A DNA stretch of 63,813 bases from an uncultured virus (IMG/VR IMGVR_UViG_3300027743_000022) (Duplodnaviria; Heunggongvirae; Uroviricota; Caudoviricetes), in the IMG/VR virus record IMGVR_UViG_3300027743_000022, one strand, 5' to 3'. Position 1 is the stretch's first letter. Each line of letters opens with the position of its first letter. Below, in pieces: positions 26,598 through 36,988 of this stretch. A program made the position numbers and the translations under genes. The notes beneath the pieces were generated by a model. That model was not told the DNA's origin. It saw only the letters and a list, made by a program, of their open reading frames with translations, and ran no database searches.

Positions 26598-28613
26598 ATG
26601 AACTATATAATCACAAAACACCCAGAATTTTTCTCCAAAGTAGGAAACTATGATTTCTGCGAATTGGAGGACATGATATTACCAGAAAAGATTGCAATAG
26701 ATACGGAAACCACTGGATTAAGAGCAAGAGAAGAAGAAATATTTTGTACACAAATAGGAACGGGGAACAATAATTATATAATTCATATGTATGATGATAA
26801 TTATTCCTTCAAGGATCTTATCCCTTATATAGAAGGTAAGATACTTGTTGGACATAATATATTATTTGATTTAGGATTTTTTTACAAATATGATTTCTGG
26901 CCCAGGGAGGTTAGAGATACTATGTTAGCTACCAAAATCCTTTACAATGGTCAATTAGAGAATTGGGTACCTTTCAAAGCTGACTTTGGATCTGTTATGA
27001 AGAGAGAGCTTAATATTATTTATGATAAAACTGAACAAAAGAACATTCATAAAGTAAAACTCAGCCAACCAACCACGATAGAGTATTCATTCAACGATGT
27101 TGATAAATTACTCGAATTAGAGCGAACTCTTAATGATAAGATTATTAAAGGAGGCTTTGAAGCTACCTATAAACTACATTGTAGATATGTTAGAGCTTTG
27201 GCTTATATGGAACAATGTGGTATGCCTATAAGTCCACAGTCCTGGGAGAACAAGATGATGGATGATTTGGAAAATTCTAACACAATGAGAACTAAAGTGG
27301 AAGAGTACATCTTTGATTATCTACCAGAATTCAGAACAAGACAATTAAGTTTATTTGATGACAGTAAGGAAGTTAGTGTTAACACTGCTTCACCTAAGCA
27401 AATGCTAAGTGTTTTCAAAGGTTTTGATATAAATATTATCAATAAGGAAGGAAAGCCCAGTATTAAGGAAGAAGTAATAACCAGAACACCTCATCAATTT
27501 AATGATATTTGGTTAGCTTATCAAGAAGCTACTCATAGGGTAACTACTTTTGGAGATACTATATATAAAAGGATAGAAAACAACAGAATCTATACCAATT
27601 TTAATCCAATGGTAGATACAGCTAGATTATCTACTCGTAAGGGAGAAATTAATTTTCTAAATTTTCCTTCTGATAAGATAACCAGGTATTGTTTTAAGGC
27701 TAATGAAGGTAATGTCATGATAGTTTGTGACTATTCAGGACAAGAAACTGTAATAGCTGCAGATTTAAGTGGAGATGAGGCTATGACTAAATCAGTTCTT
27801 GATGGTTCTTGTCTGCATTGTGCATTTGCCAGAATATTATTTCCAGAATTAGAAAGTTTAAGTGATGAAGAAATCACTAAGAAACACAAAGATAAAAGAC
27901 AAGCTGCGAAGAGTCCAAGATTTGCATTTCAATATGGAGGTTCAGCTTTTACTATTCATGTAAAAGAGGGTATTCCTATGAAACGTGCACAAGAGATTGA
28001 GGATGGTTTTAAAGCTTTACATGCAGGTTTATATACCTGGGGAGACAAAGTATTTGAACAAGCTGCTAAAAAAGGTTATATAGAGTCTGTAGATGGTTGG
28101 AAGTTAGCTCTTCCATATTATGAAGACTTTAAAGAGCTGAAAACAGAAGTAGATGCTATTTCAAGAGAAGAGTGGACTAAGTACAAAATTGGAAAAACTG
28201 ATTATAAGAAGTTTCTTGAGGAAAAGGAAAAAGGAGTAAAATATGATCTACAATATCCTATCCAAGTTGAATTCTATAAGAGCAAGAAAAAACTTGTATC
28301 AAAGTATGCTAAGCTACGTTCAGAATACATGAGATTATGTCTTAATAACCCAGTTCAAACAAGAGGTGCACACCAAATAAAATTGGCTACAGCTATATTG
28401 TTTGATTGGATTGTAGGTAATGATCTTCAATGGAAAGTATTAATATGTAATTCAATTCATGATGAACTTGTTGTGGAATGTATAGATGCAATTAAGCACA
28501 CTGTAAAAGGTGTAGTAGAACAATCTATGCTAGATGCAGGTAATCATTATTTAAACAATCTAAAAATTAAAGCAGATGCAAACATTGGAGAAAGTTGGGG
28601 AGAAGCTAAATAA
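26598..28613 (+). CDS. polA: DNA polymerase family A with 3'-5' exonuclease
   Basis: ExoI DTETTG, ExoII HNILFD, ExoIII YSFNDV; TARLS; motif A DYSGQE; motif B RQAAK...F...YG; motif C IHDE. Confidence 0.95.
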   Translation: MNYIITKHPEFFSKVGNYDFCELEDMILPEKIAIDTETTGLRAREEEIFCTQIGTGNNNYIIHMYDDNYSFKDLIPYIEGKILVGHNILFDLGFFYKYDFWPREVRDTMLATKILYNGQLENWVPFKADFGSVMKRELNIIYDKTEQKNIHKVKLSQPTTIEYSFNDVDKLLELERTLNDKIIKGGFEATYKLHCRYVRALAYMEQCGMPISPQSWENKMMDDLENSNTMRTKVEEYIFDYLPEFRTRQLSLFDDSKEVSVNTASPKQMLSVFKGFDINIINKEGKPSIKEEVITRTPHQFNDIWLAYQEATHRVTTFGDTIYKRIENNRIYTNFNPMVDTARLSTRKGEINFLNFPSDKITRYCFKANEGNVMIVCDYSGQETVIAADLSGDEAMTKSVLDGSCLHCAFARILFPELESLSDEEITKKHKDKRQAAKSPRFAFQYGGSAFTIHVKEGIPMKRAQEIEDGFKALHAGLYTWGDKVFEQAAKKGYIESVDGWKLALPYYEDFKELKTEVDAISREEWTKYKIGKTDYKKFLEEKEKGVKYDLQYPIQVEFYKSKKKLVSKYAKLRSEYMRLCLNNPVQTRGAHQIKLATAILFDWIVGNDLQWKVLICNSIHDELVVECIDAIKHTVKGVVEQSMLDAGNHYLNNLKIKADANIGESWGEAK

Positions 28614-28621
28614 TTTAAATT

Positions 28622-28768
28622 ATGAAAAAATCACTCATTAAAGTTGTTAAAGAAAACCCATGGATATGGTATCATACTGGAAGAAAAGACTTTAGTCCTG
28701 ATGATAAGTTTACCAATAGAAGTTATTGGAAATGGGAAATCAAACATAACAATCTAAAAGTATTGTAA
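28622..28768 (+). CDS. Small hypothetical protein (48 aa)
   Basis: Hand-translated; TAATG-coupled to next ORF. Confidence 0.5.
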   Translation: MKKSLIKVVKENPWIWYHTGRKDFSPDDKFTNRSYWKWEIKHNNLKVL

Positions 28769-29025
28769 TGAAACCTAAAATCAATCGTGAAAACATCTCT
28801 CATCATTTACTTGAATATCAACTTAATATGATAGGAAAATCACTTGTTGAAGCTGCAGATGAGGAAGATTGGTATTATAACTGGTATATCTCTGCTGAAA
28901 AGCATAAGGAGTTCAAAATCTATGCTATTAGATTGATAAAAAAAGTATTTAAATGTAATACATCCAAAGCTGAGGCAGCTTTCAACTGGTTTGACTTTGG
29001 TGTAGGTTTAAAAGTAAGATTATGA
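28768..29025 (+). CDS. Conserved phage hypothetical protein
   Basis: ORF track; WF...GLK C-terminus. Confidence 0.75.
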   Translation: MKPKINRENISHHLLEYQLNMIGKSLVEAADEEDWYYNWYISAEKHKEFKIYAIRLIKKVFKCNTSKAEAAFNWFDFGVGLKVRL

Positions 29026-29333
29026 AAGTCATATGTGTAATTAGATTAACGACCTGTATTACATCAGGTGGGGTTAGATGCCGTTTAAAAAAAGCAGCTA
29101 CAGATCTGTTAGGTGATGAAATAGTTTTTCAAATGCATAATATGTGCATTAAACGACCAGCTATTGATAGTCACAGAACCTATTCTATTAAGAAGACTAA
29201 AGTGTTTACATTTTTTCCTAAAATAGAAGAAAGAGAAGAGTATATAGGATTTTTTAAATTCTGTCAGAAGGATGAAGATACATTTTATCTAAAAAAAGTA
29301 AAAGATGACAAGCTACTCAATAAATTTCATTGA
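29022..29333 (+). CDS. Hypothetical protein
   Basis: ATGA-coupled ORF. Confidence 0.6.
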   Translation: MKVICVIRLTTCITSGGVRCRLKKAATDLLGDEIVFQMHNMCIKRPAIDSHRTYSIKKTKVFTFFPKIEEREEYIGFFKFCQKDEDTFYLKKVKDDKLLNKFH

Positions 29334-29505
29334 TTTATTTGATTGGGAGAAGGAAAATGATGTTCATTATTATCAACTTCTATATGGACCTGTTGATGTC
29401 GATGAGCTTAAAGAACAAAGAGCTGCAGAGATAAAACTAGTACATGATAAGACTAAATCACAAGAAGAATATGACAACACTCAAGTTGACGAAGGAGCAC
29501 TTTGA
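29305..29505 (+). CDS. Hypothetical acidic protein
   Basis: ORF track. Confidence 0.55.
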   Translation: MTSYSINFIDLFDWEKENDVHYYQLLYGPVDVDELKEQRAAEIKLVHDKTKSQEEYDNTQVDEGAL

Positions 29506-30097
29506 AGAACTAATGAAAAGAGGTTATACATTAGACCAACTTTTCGTTCTAATGTTAGTAAAGGAAGGTCATGATATGGAAGCTCTCTGTACTAACAGTA
29601 TGAAAATGGATGCATTACACCAGAGTCTCATTAGGAAAGGATTATTATCCAGTGAGGGAAAAGTTACACTACAGGGTAATGATTTATTAGATTTTCTAAA
29701 CACAAAGATTGTCTCCTCTATTACTAAGAAGAAACAATCCTCATCAGACTTTGATGAATGGTGGGAATCATTTCCATCTACTGATCATTTTGAGTATAAA
29801 GGGAGAGTCTTTACTGGTAGTAGAGGTATGCGTGTAAAGAAAGAAAACTGCAGACTAAAGTTCAATGCTATTCTTAATGAGGGAAAATATACAGGTAAGC
29901 AGATAATTGAAGCTACTAAGTATGTTGTTACAATGAAAAAAGAACTCTCTCTTACTAAGAAGTCTAATGAACTTACTTATTTGACCAATAGTTATACTTT
30001 TTTAAATGATGGGCAGTTTGAACCCTTTATAGAGTTAATAACTAAAGGAGTTAGAATAGAACCTGAAGCTAAGGCTACTGGGTCTACTGATGTTTAA
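29471..30097 (+). CDS. Putative replication initiator / helicase-loader-like protein
   Basis: wHTH-like N-terminus; FDEWWESFP...YLTNSYTFLN C-terminal domain typical of phage replisome organisers; lies upstream of DnaB. Confidence 0.6.
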   Translation: MTTLKLTKEHFEELMKRGYTLDQLFVLMLVKEGHDMEALCTNSMKMDALHQSLIRKGLLSSEGKVTLQGNDLLDFLNTKIVSSITKKKQSSSDFDEWWESFPSTDHFEYKGRVFTGSRGMRVKKENCRLKFNAILNEGKYTGKQIIEATKYVVTMKKELSLTKKSNELTYLTNSYTFLNDGQFEPFIELITKGVRIEPEAKATGSTDV

Positions 30098-30114
30098 CTA
30101 AAAAAATTAATATC

Positions 30115-30498
30115 ATGCATTTTACATTAGAAGAAGGTAAAAGTTTTGAAGAACATCTATCAGACAAAGGATATAGAAAGTTCAATGAGAACTACAAGAA
30201 GTCTGATTACATTTATTGGAAATCATTTAAATGTGATGTAGATGAGGATGGAGACAGAACAAGTGGTTATAGTGTTGGTTTTGCTTTTTATGATTTTAGC
30301 AAGTTTCCCAATCATACAACAGATAAAAAGATAGGAGTATCTTATGAGTGTATGATTAGTGATCATGCAGGAGTTGATAGAGTTGATATGACTATTACAG
30401 ATAATAATACTACTATAGAAGAATTTGAAAGTATCTGTAAAAATTTCCATGAATTCTTTATCAGCATGCATAGATTAAAAACAGCTAGAAACAATTAA
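30115..30498 (+). CDS. Hypothetical protein
   Basis: ORF track. Confidence 0.7.
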   Translation: MHFTLEEGKSFEEHLSDKGYRKFNENYKKSDYIYWKSFKCDVDEDGDRTSGYSVGFAFYDFSKFPNHTTDKKIGVSYECMISDHAGVDRVDMTITDNNTTIEEFESICKNFHEFFISMHRLKTARNN

Positions 30499-30499
30499 T

Positions 30500-31186
30500 A
30501 TGCTAATCATTCAGCACATCAGTGACACACATACTTGCCATGAACAACTTGTTGTTAATGTTATGTGTAATATGATTATCCATACAGGAGACTGTAGTAA
30601 TCATAAAGACCCTTATAAGAATGAACCAGAGGTTCGTAAGTTTATTGAATGGTTTAAAAATCTTCATGTTAAGTATAAGATATTTATACCAGGTAATCAT
30701 GAAACTTCAATTGAGAAAGGATTAGTAACAAGAAAAGACTTTGAAGATGTTGGTATTATATATCTTGAGAATGAATATATCACTATAGAAAACATTAAGA
30801 TATTTGGTAGTCCTTATCAACCAACATTTGGAACTGGTTGGGCATTCAATAAGGATAGAAGTAAGTTAGATGCTATATGGAAGGAGATAGACGATGATGT
30901 GGATATTGTTGCTGTCCATGGACCACCAAAGACTATACTTGACAAAGCATATGATAGAACTTCTGGTCATCTAATGAGTTTTGGATGTTCATCCCTTAAG
31001 AGACATGTTCTCACTAGGATTAAGCCTAAACTATGTTTGTTTGGACACATGCATAATAATGATGATATTCTTAATGCAGGTGTTCTTAAACTAAGTGGTT
31101 ATGATACTAGATTTAGTAATGGTAGTGTTAGTACAGATGGAAAGTGGGGAAAATTAACTAGTAATGGTAATATTCTAACGATCTAA
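30500..31186 (+). CDS. Calcineurin-like metallophosphoesterase
   Basis: SDTH, HTGD, PGNHE, HGPP, FGHMH. Confidence 0.92.
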   Translation: MLIIQHISDTHTCHEQLVVNVMCNMIIHTGDCSNHKDPYKNEPEVRKFIEWFKNLHVKYKIFIPGNHETSIEKGLVTRKDFEDVGIIYLENEYITIENIKIFGSPYQPTFGTGWAFNKDRSKLDAIWKEIDDDVDIVAVHGPPKTILDKAYDRTSGHLMSFGCSSLKRHVLTRIKPKLCLFGHMHNNDDILNAGVLKLSGYDTRFSNGSVSTDGKWGKLTSNGNILTI

Positions 31187-31197
31187 TAACTCATGTT

Positions 31198-32259
31198 ATG
31201 AGCTTCGATGAATTAAAAAAAGCCGTTGATGATGGTATGGCTGGAAAGAATGGAGGCATACCAATGGGTTTCAATAGACTTAATAGGTATGTAGGTATAA
31301 GAAAGAGTATGTATTATCTAGTTGGAGGATTGACAGGATCTGGCAAAACCTCTTTCGTAGATGATGCTTTCATTCTTAATCCTATAGACTGGTATCTTAA
31401 GAATAAGGACAAAACTGATATTAAACTCAGAATTATTTATCGTTCTATGGAGAGAAATAGAACCTATAAAATAGCTAAGTGGGTGAGTCGAAAGATATTC
31501 CTTGATACAGGTATTATTATCCCTGTAGCTAAGCTTTTAGGTTGGAACGATAAGATGAATGCTGAGGAATATAAACTCTTCAATCAATATAAAGAATATA
31601 TTGAGAGCATGAAAGAGATTATTACTATAATTGATGGTCCAGAGAACCCTGTTGGGATTGCTAAAGATCTTAAAGAGCATGCATTAGCCAATGGCAGAAT
31701 TGAGCAAATTGATCAGTTTAATAAGAGATATATTCCCAATGATGAGAATACCATTACCCTTGTTGTAATTGATCATATAGGACTATTAAAATCAATGAAA
31801 GATTATCCAAATAAGAAATCATTAATAGATAAAATGTCTGATGAACTCAGATACGCTAGAGATTTCTATGGATATAGTCCTGTTGTAGTTAGTCAGTTTA
31901 ATAGAGACATTTCTAATCCTATTAGGATTAAGAATGGAGATGTAGAACCTCAATTGGAAGATTTTAAGGATTCCTCTCAAACACAAGATGATGCTGATGT
32001 AGTAATGGCATTATTTGATCCAATGAGGTATAAGGTACCAGACCCTTCTGGATATGATTTGAACAAGCTTAAGGATGATGTAGGGGCTAAGTATTATAGG
32101 TCCGTAAGACTCATCAAGAATAGCTATGGTGAAGATGATATTAGAATAGGACTAGCTTTCTTTGGACAGATAGGAATGTTCAAAGAATTACCAAGGAAGA
32201 AAGATATTACAGATGCAGATTATGAATCAGTAGTTAATAAAACATTTTTTCTAACATGA
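31198..32259 (+). CDS. DnaB-like replicative helicase
   Basis: GGLTGSGKT, SME, VVIDHIGL, VSQFNR, QDDADVV, IKN. Confidence 0.9.
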   Translation: MSFDELKKAVDDGMAGKNGGIPMGFNRLNRYVGIRKSMYYLVGGLTGSGKTSFVDDAFILNPIDWYLKNKDKTDIKLRIIYRSMERNRTYKIAKWVSRKIFLDTGIIIPVAKLLGWNDKMNAEEYKLFNQYKEYIESMKEIITIIDGPENPVGIAKDLKEHALANGRIEQIDQFNKRYIPNDENTITLVVIDHIGLLKSMKDYPNKKSLIDKMSDELRYARDFYGYSPVVVSQFNRDISNPIRIKNGDVEPQLEDFKDSSQTQDDADVVMALFDPMRYKVPDPSGYDLNKLKDDVGAKYYRSVRLIKNSYGEDDIRIGLAFFGQIGMFKELPRKKDITDADYESVVNKTFFLT

Positions 32260-33353
32260 AAAAAGACGAAGTTCAAAGTAAAATAGGAAATCAGATTATA
32301 GAAGCTGGTTTCAGAGGTATAGTATTAGCCAGTGTTAGAACTGGTAAGACTAGGATAATATTAAATAGTATACTTAAACATACTGGAGATAAATATCCTA
32401 GAATACTGGTATTATATCCTAATATAGATGTGAAGACTTCCTGGACAGATGAGTGTGAGAAATTAGATTATCCATTCTCTTTACATTTCTGTACTTTTAG
32501 GAGTATGGAGAAAGTAAAAGATGAAGAATGGGATTATGTAATATTTGATGAAGCTCATTTAATCCCTGAAGAAACTAAACTACCTATAGCAGGTGAGATG
32601 GTAAGAAAGAATAAACACTGCATTCTTGCCTCTGGGACATATAATCCCACTACTCTAGCTGATATCAAAATACATACTACTCTACCAATGATAGTAGAGT
32701 ATTCCACTGAAGATGCTATTAGAGATGGTTTAGTATTAGACTTTGATGTCTTTATACACTACTATAACCTTAATAAAATAATCCAGAGAAAGATTAGAGT
32801 AGGTAAGGGTAGTTGGTGGAGTACAGACAGAAGAGAGTGTGACAGACTAACTAATAGAATGTTTAAAGCAAGTGGAGAACAACAAAGGGCTTTGGCTGCT
32901 CTAACAAGAATGAGATTTATTAATAGCAATGAATCCCTTGTATCTGCTATTAGAATGTGGATAAAAGATAATCCTAACGAAAGGTTCATTATGTTTACCG
33001 ATAATGAAGCTTTTGGTAATAGGTTTAATCTTCCCATGTTTAATAGTAAGAGTAAGGACGATGTTGTATTAAAACAGTTTCAGTCTGGAGAGATAGACCA
33101 ATTGTGTTTAATTAAAAAAGGCTCTGCAGGAGTAACCTATCCCAATCTAAAAAGTATTCTTATAACATCCATTAATAGTAATGGAGAAACGTTAGAACAG
33201 ATGTTAGGGAGAGCATTGCTTACTGATACAGAGAAGGCTAACTTACATGTGTTTGTTAGTGAAGAAGACTTCCAATCCAAATGGTTAATTTCTGCTCTTG
33301 AAAACATACAAGCGCATAAAATCTTTGGGTTAAAGGAAGCTAAAAGCTTGTAA
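32256..33353 (+). CDS. Superfamily 2 (DEAH) helicase
   Basis: VRTGKT, FDEAH, ASGT, QMLGR. Confidence 0.88.
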   Translation: MKKDEVQSKIGNQIIEAGFRGIVLASVRTGKTRIILNSILKHTGDKYPRILVLYPNIDVKTSWTDECEKLDYPFSLHFCTFRSMEKVKDEEWDYVIFDEAHLIPEETKLPIAGEMVRKNKHCILASGTYNPTTLADIKIHTTLPMIVEYSTEDAIRDGLVLDFDVFIHYYNLNKIIQRKIRVGKGSWWSTDRRECDRLTNRMFKASGEQQRALAALTRMRFINSNESLVSAIRMWIKDNPNERFIMFTDNEAFGNRFNLPMFNSKSKDDVVLKQFQSGEIDQLCLIKKGSAGVTYPNLKSILITSINSNGETLEQMLGRALLTDTEKANLHVFVSEEDFQSKWLISALENIQAHKIFGLKEAKSL

Positions 33354-33406
33354 ATCAGGCATAAAATTCGTATCTTATATGTGTAAATAATTAATTTAAC
33401 TACATC

Positions 33407-34255
33407 ATGAGTGCAGAAAAAGTTTCAGAAAAATTTCAATTACCAGATGAAATTTCTAAAGTTACACAAACATCCCCAAAGGATTTAGTGGTAGTTTCAA
33501 TTCCCAAAATGGGAAAAGGAACTATACTAGGTGCTTTGACCAGAGAAAAGAATGCATTAGTATTAGATCTTGAAAAAGGAGGTTATGATTATATTGAAGC
33601 AAGAAAACTATCGACGTATCCGAATGATCAAACTACGAAATGGGAGAGTTTCCAGAATTATATCAGATTCCGTAACGCCCTGCTTGAGCAGAAAGGCAAG
33701 TATGATTTTCTCATTATTGATGGACTATCGGACCTTGACGATTTGTCAGAACTTGGTGGAACTTTGGCCTATATGAACACAATCATTGGTAAGAAGTTCA
33801 ACAGAGAAGGTGGAATGGAAGGTGGTAGAAAGTTTGAACCAGATGAACCACAATTCAAATCTGTATTAACTCTTCCTGATGGAGGTGGTTATCAGCATAC
33901 AAGAACATGGTTCATGCAACAGATAGAAATCTTTAGACAGATTGCTCCTAATAGAATTTATGCAGCCCATATAGTCGACAAGTACATTAAAGATAATGGA
34001 AAAGAAGAGGTTATGGGTAGTGAAATTGCCTTAACAGGTCAGTTAAAAAGAATTTTTGCCTCTAGGGTAACTTCTATGGCTAAGCTTGTAGCAGATGGAG
34101 AAAAGAGATATCTCAATTTTGAGGTATTGAATGACTCTATTGTTGCAGGTTCTCGAGCTCCCTTTCTGAAAGGGAAGATTTTAATTTCAGAACAAAAGCC
34201 TGATGGAACTCTAACTGTCTATTGGGAAAACATTTACAAAAGTAATAACGACTAA
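33407..34255 (+). CDS. AAA_24/Sak4-like P-loop NTPase
   Basis: Variant Walker A SIPKMGKGT, LDLEKG, IIDGLS, AAH, GSR; followed by SSB. Confidence 0.8.
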   Translation: MSAEKVSEKFQLPDEISKVTQTSPKDLVVVSIPKMGKGTILGALTREKNALVLDLEKGGYDYIEARKLSTYPNDQTTKWESFQNYIRFRNALLEQKGKYDFLIIDGLSDLDDLSELGGTLAYMNTIIGKKFNREGGMEGGRKFEPDEPQFKSVLTLPDGGGYQHTRTWFMQQIEIFRQIAPNRIYAAHIVDKYIKDNGKEEVMGSEIALTGQLKRIFASRVTSMAKLVADGEKRYLNFEVLNDSIVAGSRAPFLKGKILISEQKPDGTLTVYWENIYKSNND

Positions 34256-34266
34256 ATTTAGAAATC

Positions 34267-35136
34267 ATGAGCATCGGTGGAAAACACAGAGAAGAAGGTC
34301 ATTTTTCAAAAAAAGTAGGGCTATTTACAGCTACAGTAATTGCTGTAAATCCAAATGAAAAACAATACAAAGAGGTTCTAGGGATGGAACTTAAGGAAGA
34401 CAGTAAGATGACTACCTATTTAGGAGAAAAAGAAGGTAATACAACTCTTAGAGTAGATTTTTGGTTATTGAATTCTAAGGCAAATGAAGATGGAACGCAT
34501 GACAAATTTAAAGTAAGCTTCTTTTTGGAAGACAAAGTAAGAATAAACAAAGAAGGTACAAAAACTCAATATATAAATAATATTGGTAGTTGTTCTTGGG
34601 CAGCCACTGAGGATGAACTCCCAGAATGGTTTGCTAAGAGAGATTATCGAGAAGCTTATGTAGGAGAAGAAGACCTTTATGAGTTTATCAGAGGTTGGCT
34701 TAACAAACTAAACTATCGTGATGATGGCAGTATCCTTACAATGGATTGGAAAAGATTCATGAAAGGTAATGTCAGTGAAATTACTGGAGAAATTGGAGGA
34801 GAATGGGTAGGAGAAATTGGTTGCTTAGCCACTGTTATAGTTAAACAGGAAGGAGAAGAAATCAAGGAATACCAAGGAGTTTATAATAGAGGATTCTTCC
34901 CCGCTTATACACTTAAAAACTTCAGAGTTGTTGATTATGACAATGATGATGTAATCACTGCACTTAAGACCAAACCTGGAAAAGACTTAAAACCTCACGA
35001 AAGATTTGTGCTTAGAGTGAACAGTGAATATGGTTGTAAAGACTTTTATAAGTTCAAGGACTTAAAAGAATATGACGCTAGCGAAAATGTGGTGAGTACA
35101 AACACTCCACTTACAGACGATAGTGCTAATTATTAA
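34267..35136 (+). CDS. Putative single-stranded DNA-binding protein
   Basis: VIAVNP, RVDFWL, acidic tail ending in aromatic residue; position between AAA and primase. Confidence 0.6.
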   Translation: MSIGGKHREEGHFSKKVGLFTATVIAVNPNEKQYKEVLGMELKEDSKMTTYLGEKEGNTTLRVDFWLLNSKANEDGTHDKFKVSFFLEDKVRINKEGTKTQYINNIGSCSWAATEDELPEWFAKRDYREAYVGEEDLYEFIRGWLNKLNYRDDGSILTMDWKRFMKGNVSEITGEIGGEWVGEIGCLATVIVKQEGEEIKEYQGVYNRGFFPAYTLKNFRVVDYDNDDVITALKTKPGKDLKPHERFVLRVNSEYGCKDFYKFKDLKEYDASENVVSTNTPLTDDSANY

Positions 35137-35151
35137 TAGTATGTAAATAAC

Positions 35152-35200
35152 AGCCTCAGTTATATTTATTTAATATAGCTGAGGCTATATTTTTTTTATT
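35152..35200 (+). terminator. Intrinsic terminator or hairpin
   Basis: AGCCTCAGTTATAT...ATATAGCTGAGGCT then T run. Confidence 0.7.
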
Positions 35201-36208
35201 ATGATATCTGGTAACTATAGAATTTTACTCACACCAGAAGTTGTATTACAGAGGATATCTGAGTATGATATATTCAGGTATTATATGCCTAACAATAATT
35301 GGAGAATAAATCAGATAGCCCATAGTCCATTTAGAAATGATGATCATCCTTCTTTCCTTATAGGTAATAAGATGGGTAGTTTACATTTCATAGACTTTAG
35401 TCATAATGACTATAGAGGAGACTGTTTCCAGTTTGTAAAGATGCTCTTTAATATACCTACTCTAAATGAGGTATTAATTAAAATTGATAAGGATTTTGGA
35501 TTAGGACTTTCTGGAAAAGAGACTAGTACAAATGAGTACAAGAAGATAATTGCTGAGTATACACAACCAGAAGAATTAGGTAAGAGATATTCCCACATCC
35601 AAGTAATAACAAGACCATATACCAAGGAAGAGATAGCTTATTGGGCTCAGTATCATCAAAGTGTTGATGATATGAGAGCTAACAACATCTATGGTATAAA
35701 GAAAGTATATCTGAATAAGAAACTATTTAGCTTATCAGACAATGATCTTAGGTTTGGTTATTATTATGATGGGCATTGGAAAATCTACAGACCTTATGTT
35801 GATAAAAAGCTTAAATGGGTTCCTAGTAATGTTCCTAATTGTTCCATGGATGGAAAAGAGAATATTAAGGACTCAGAATATGCTTTTATCAATAAGAGTA
35901 AGAAAGATTATATGGTGGTTAAGAAACTACTTACCAGTACATGTGCTGTTCAGAATGAGGGTATAGGTTGTTTTACTCCTGAGAATGTAGAATTCTTAAA
36001 GGCTAACAGTAAACGACAAATATTATCATTTGATAGTGATGCACCAGGTGTAGAGAATTCTCAGCAAATCACTAAGCTTTTTGACTTTGACTATATGAAT
36101 GTTCCCAGACAGTATCTTGCTGAGGGAATAAAAGATTGGGCAGAGTTAGCTAGAGTACATGGATTATCTCTATTAGAGAAGTTATTCAAAGAAAAAGGTT
36201 TAATATGA
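35201..36208 (+). CDS. DNA primase (crAss-like TOPRIM type)
   Basis: SPFRNDDHPSF N-terminal domain, KIYRP, KSKKDYM, QNE, FDSDAPG, KDWA. Confidence 0.85.
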   Translation: MISGNYRILLTPEVVLQRISEYDIFRYYMPNNNWRINQIAHSPFRNDDHPSFLIGNKMGSLHFIDFSHNDYRGDCFQFVKMLFNIPTLNEVLIKIDKDFGLGLSGKETSTNEYKKIIAEYTQPEELGKRYSHIQVITRPYTKEEIAYWAQYHQSVDDMRANNIYGIKKVYLNKKLFSLSDNDLRFGYYYDGHWKIYRPYVDKKLKWVPSNVPNCSMDGKENIKDSEYAFINKSKKDYMVVKKLLTSTCAVQNEGIGCFTPENVEFLKANSKRQILSFDSDAPGVENSQQITKLFDFDYMNVPRQYLAEGIKDWAELARVHGLSLLEKLFKEKGLI

Positions 36209-36936
36209 CAGTCATCAATCTCGATTGGAAAAAGTTTGAACCTATGTTTGGTACCTGGGCGTCTAGAATAAAACCATTCTTTGAAAGTGGACAGATGAAT
36301 AAAGTATATGCTTTCCTTAAAGAACAAACTTCTAAAGGAAAGAAAATAGCTCCAGCATCTAGTAATACTTTCAGATGTTTTGTTGAAACCCCTTTTGCAG
36401 AATTAAAATGTGTAATTGTGTGTCAAGATCCATATGCTAAATTCGTAGGTAATGATCCTGTAGCGTCAGGTGTTGCCATGGATTGTAGTGTAACAGCAAG
36501 AACACAACCAACATTACAACAATTCTATAATGGTATTGAAACTGAGTTGTTCAATGGTCTCGAGCTCAACTATATTAATACATATGATTTATCTTATTTG
36601 GCAAATCAGGGAGTCTTATTACTCAACACAGCATTTACTGTTGAAAAAGACAAACCTAATAGTCATATGGTTATATGGAAAGAGTTTACAACATTCCTTC
36701 TTAAGGAAGTAATTGGTCCTACAGGAGTTCCTGTATTGTTTTTAGGTAAGGAAGCTGGTAAAATAGCTTCTCTTGTTGAAAAAACAAATCCTACTTTTAT
36801 AGCTTCACATCCTGTTAGTGCTTCATATTCTGGTAAAAAATGGGATACAGAAGGCGTATTTACTAAAATATCAAAAGTAATTTATGATTCTAATGGAGAG
36901 ACCATATCTTGGCTTTATATTGATCCTCCATTCTAG
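36205..36936 (+). CDS. ung: Uracil-DNA glycosylase family 1
   Basis: CQDPY (GQDPY variant), QGVLLLN, SHP. Confidence 0.9.
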   Translation: MTVINLDWKKFEPMFGTWASRIKPFFESGQMNKVYAFLKEQTSKGKKIAPASSNTFRCFVETPFAELKCVIVCQDPYAKFVGNDPVASGVAMDCSVTARTQPTLQQFYNGIETELFNGLELNYINTYDLSYLANQGVLLLNTAFTVEKDKPNSHMVIWKEFTTFLLKEVIGPTGVPVLFLGKEAGKIASLVEKTNPTFIASHPVSASYSGKKWDTEGVFTKISKVIYDSNGETISWLYIDPPF

Positions 36937-36954
36937 TATTATTTTTATTTTTAC

Positions 36955-36962
36955 TATCTTTG
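36955..36962 (+). promoter_or_regulatory. Bacteroidota-type -7 promoter element
   Basis: TATCTTTG upstream of endonuclease gene. Confidence 0.5.
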
Positions 36963-36988
36963 GGACTATAATGTAATATTTACCTAAG

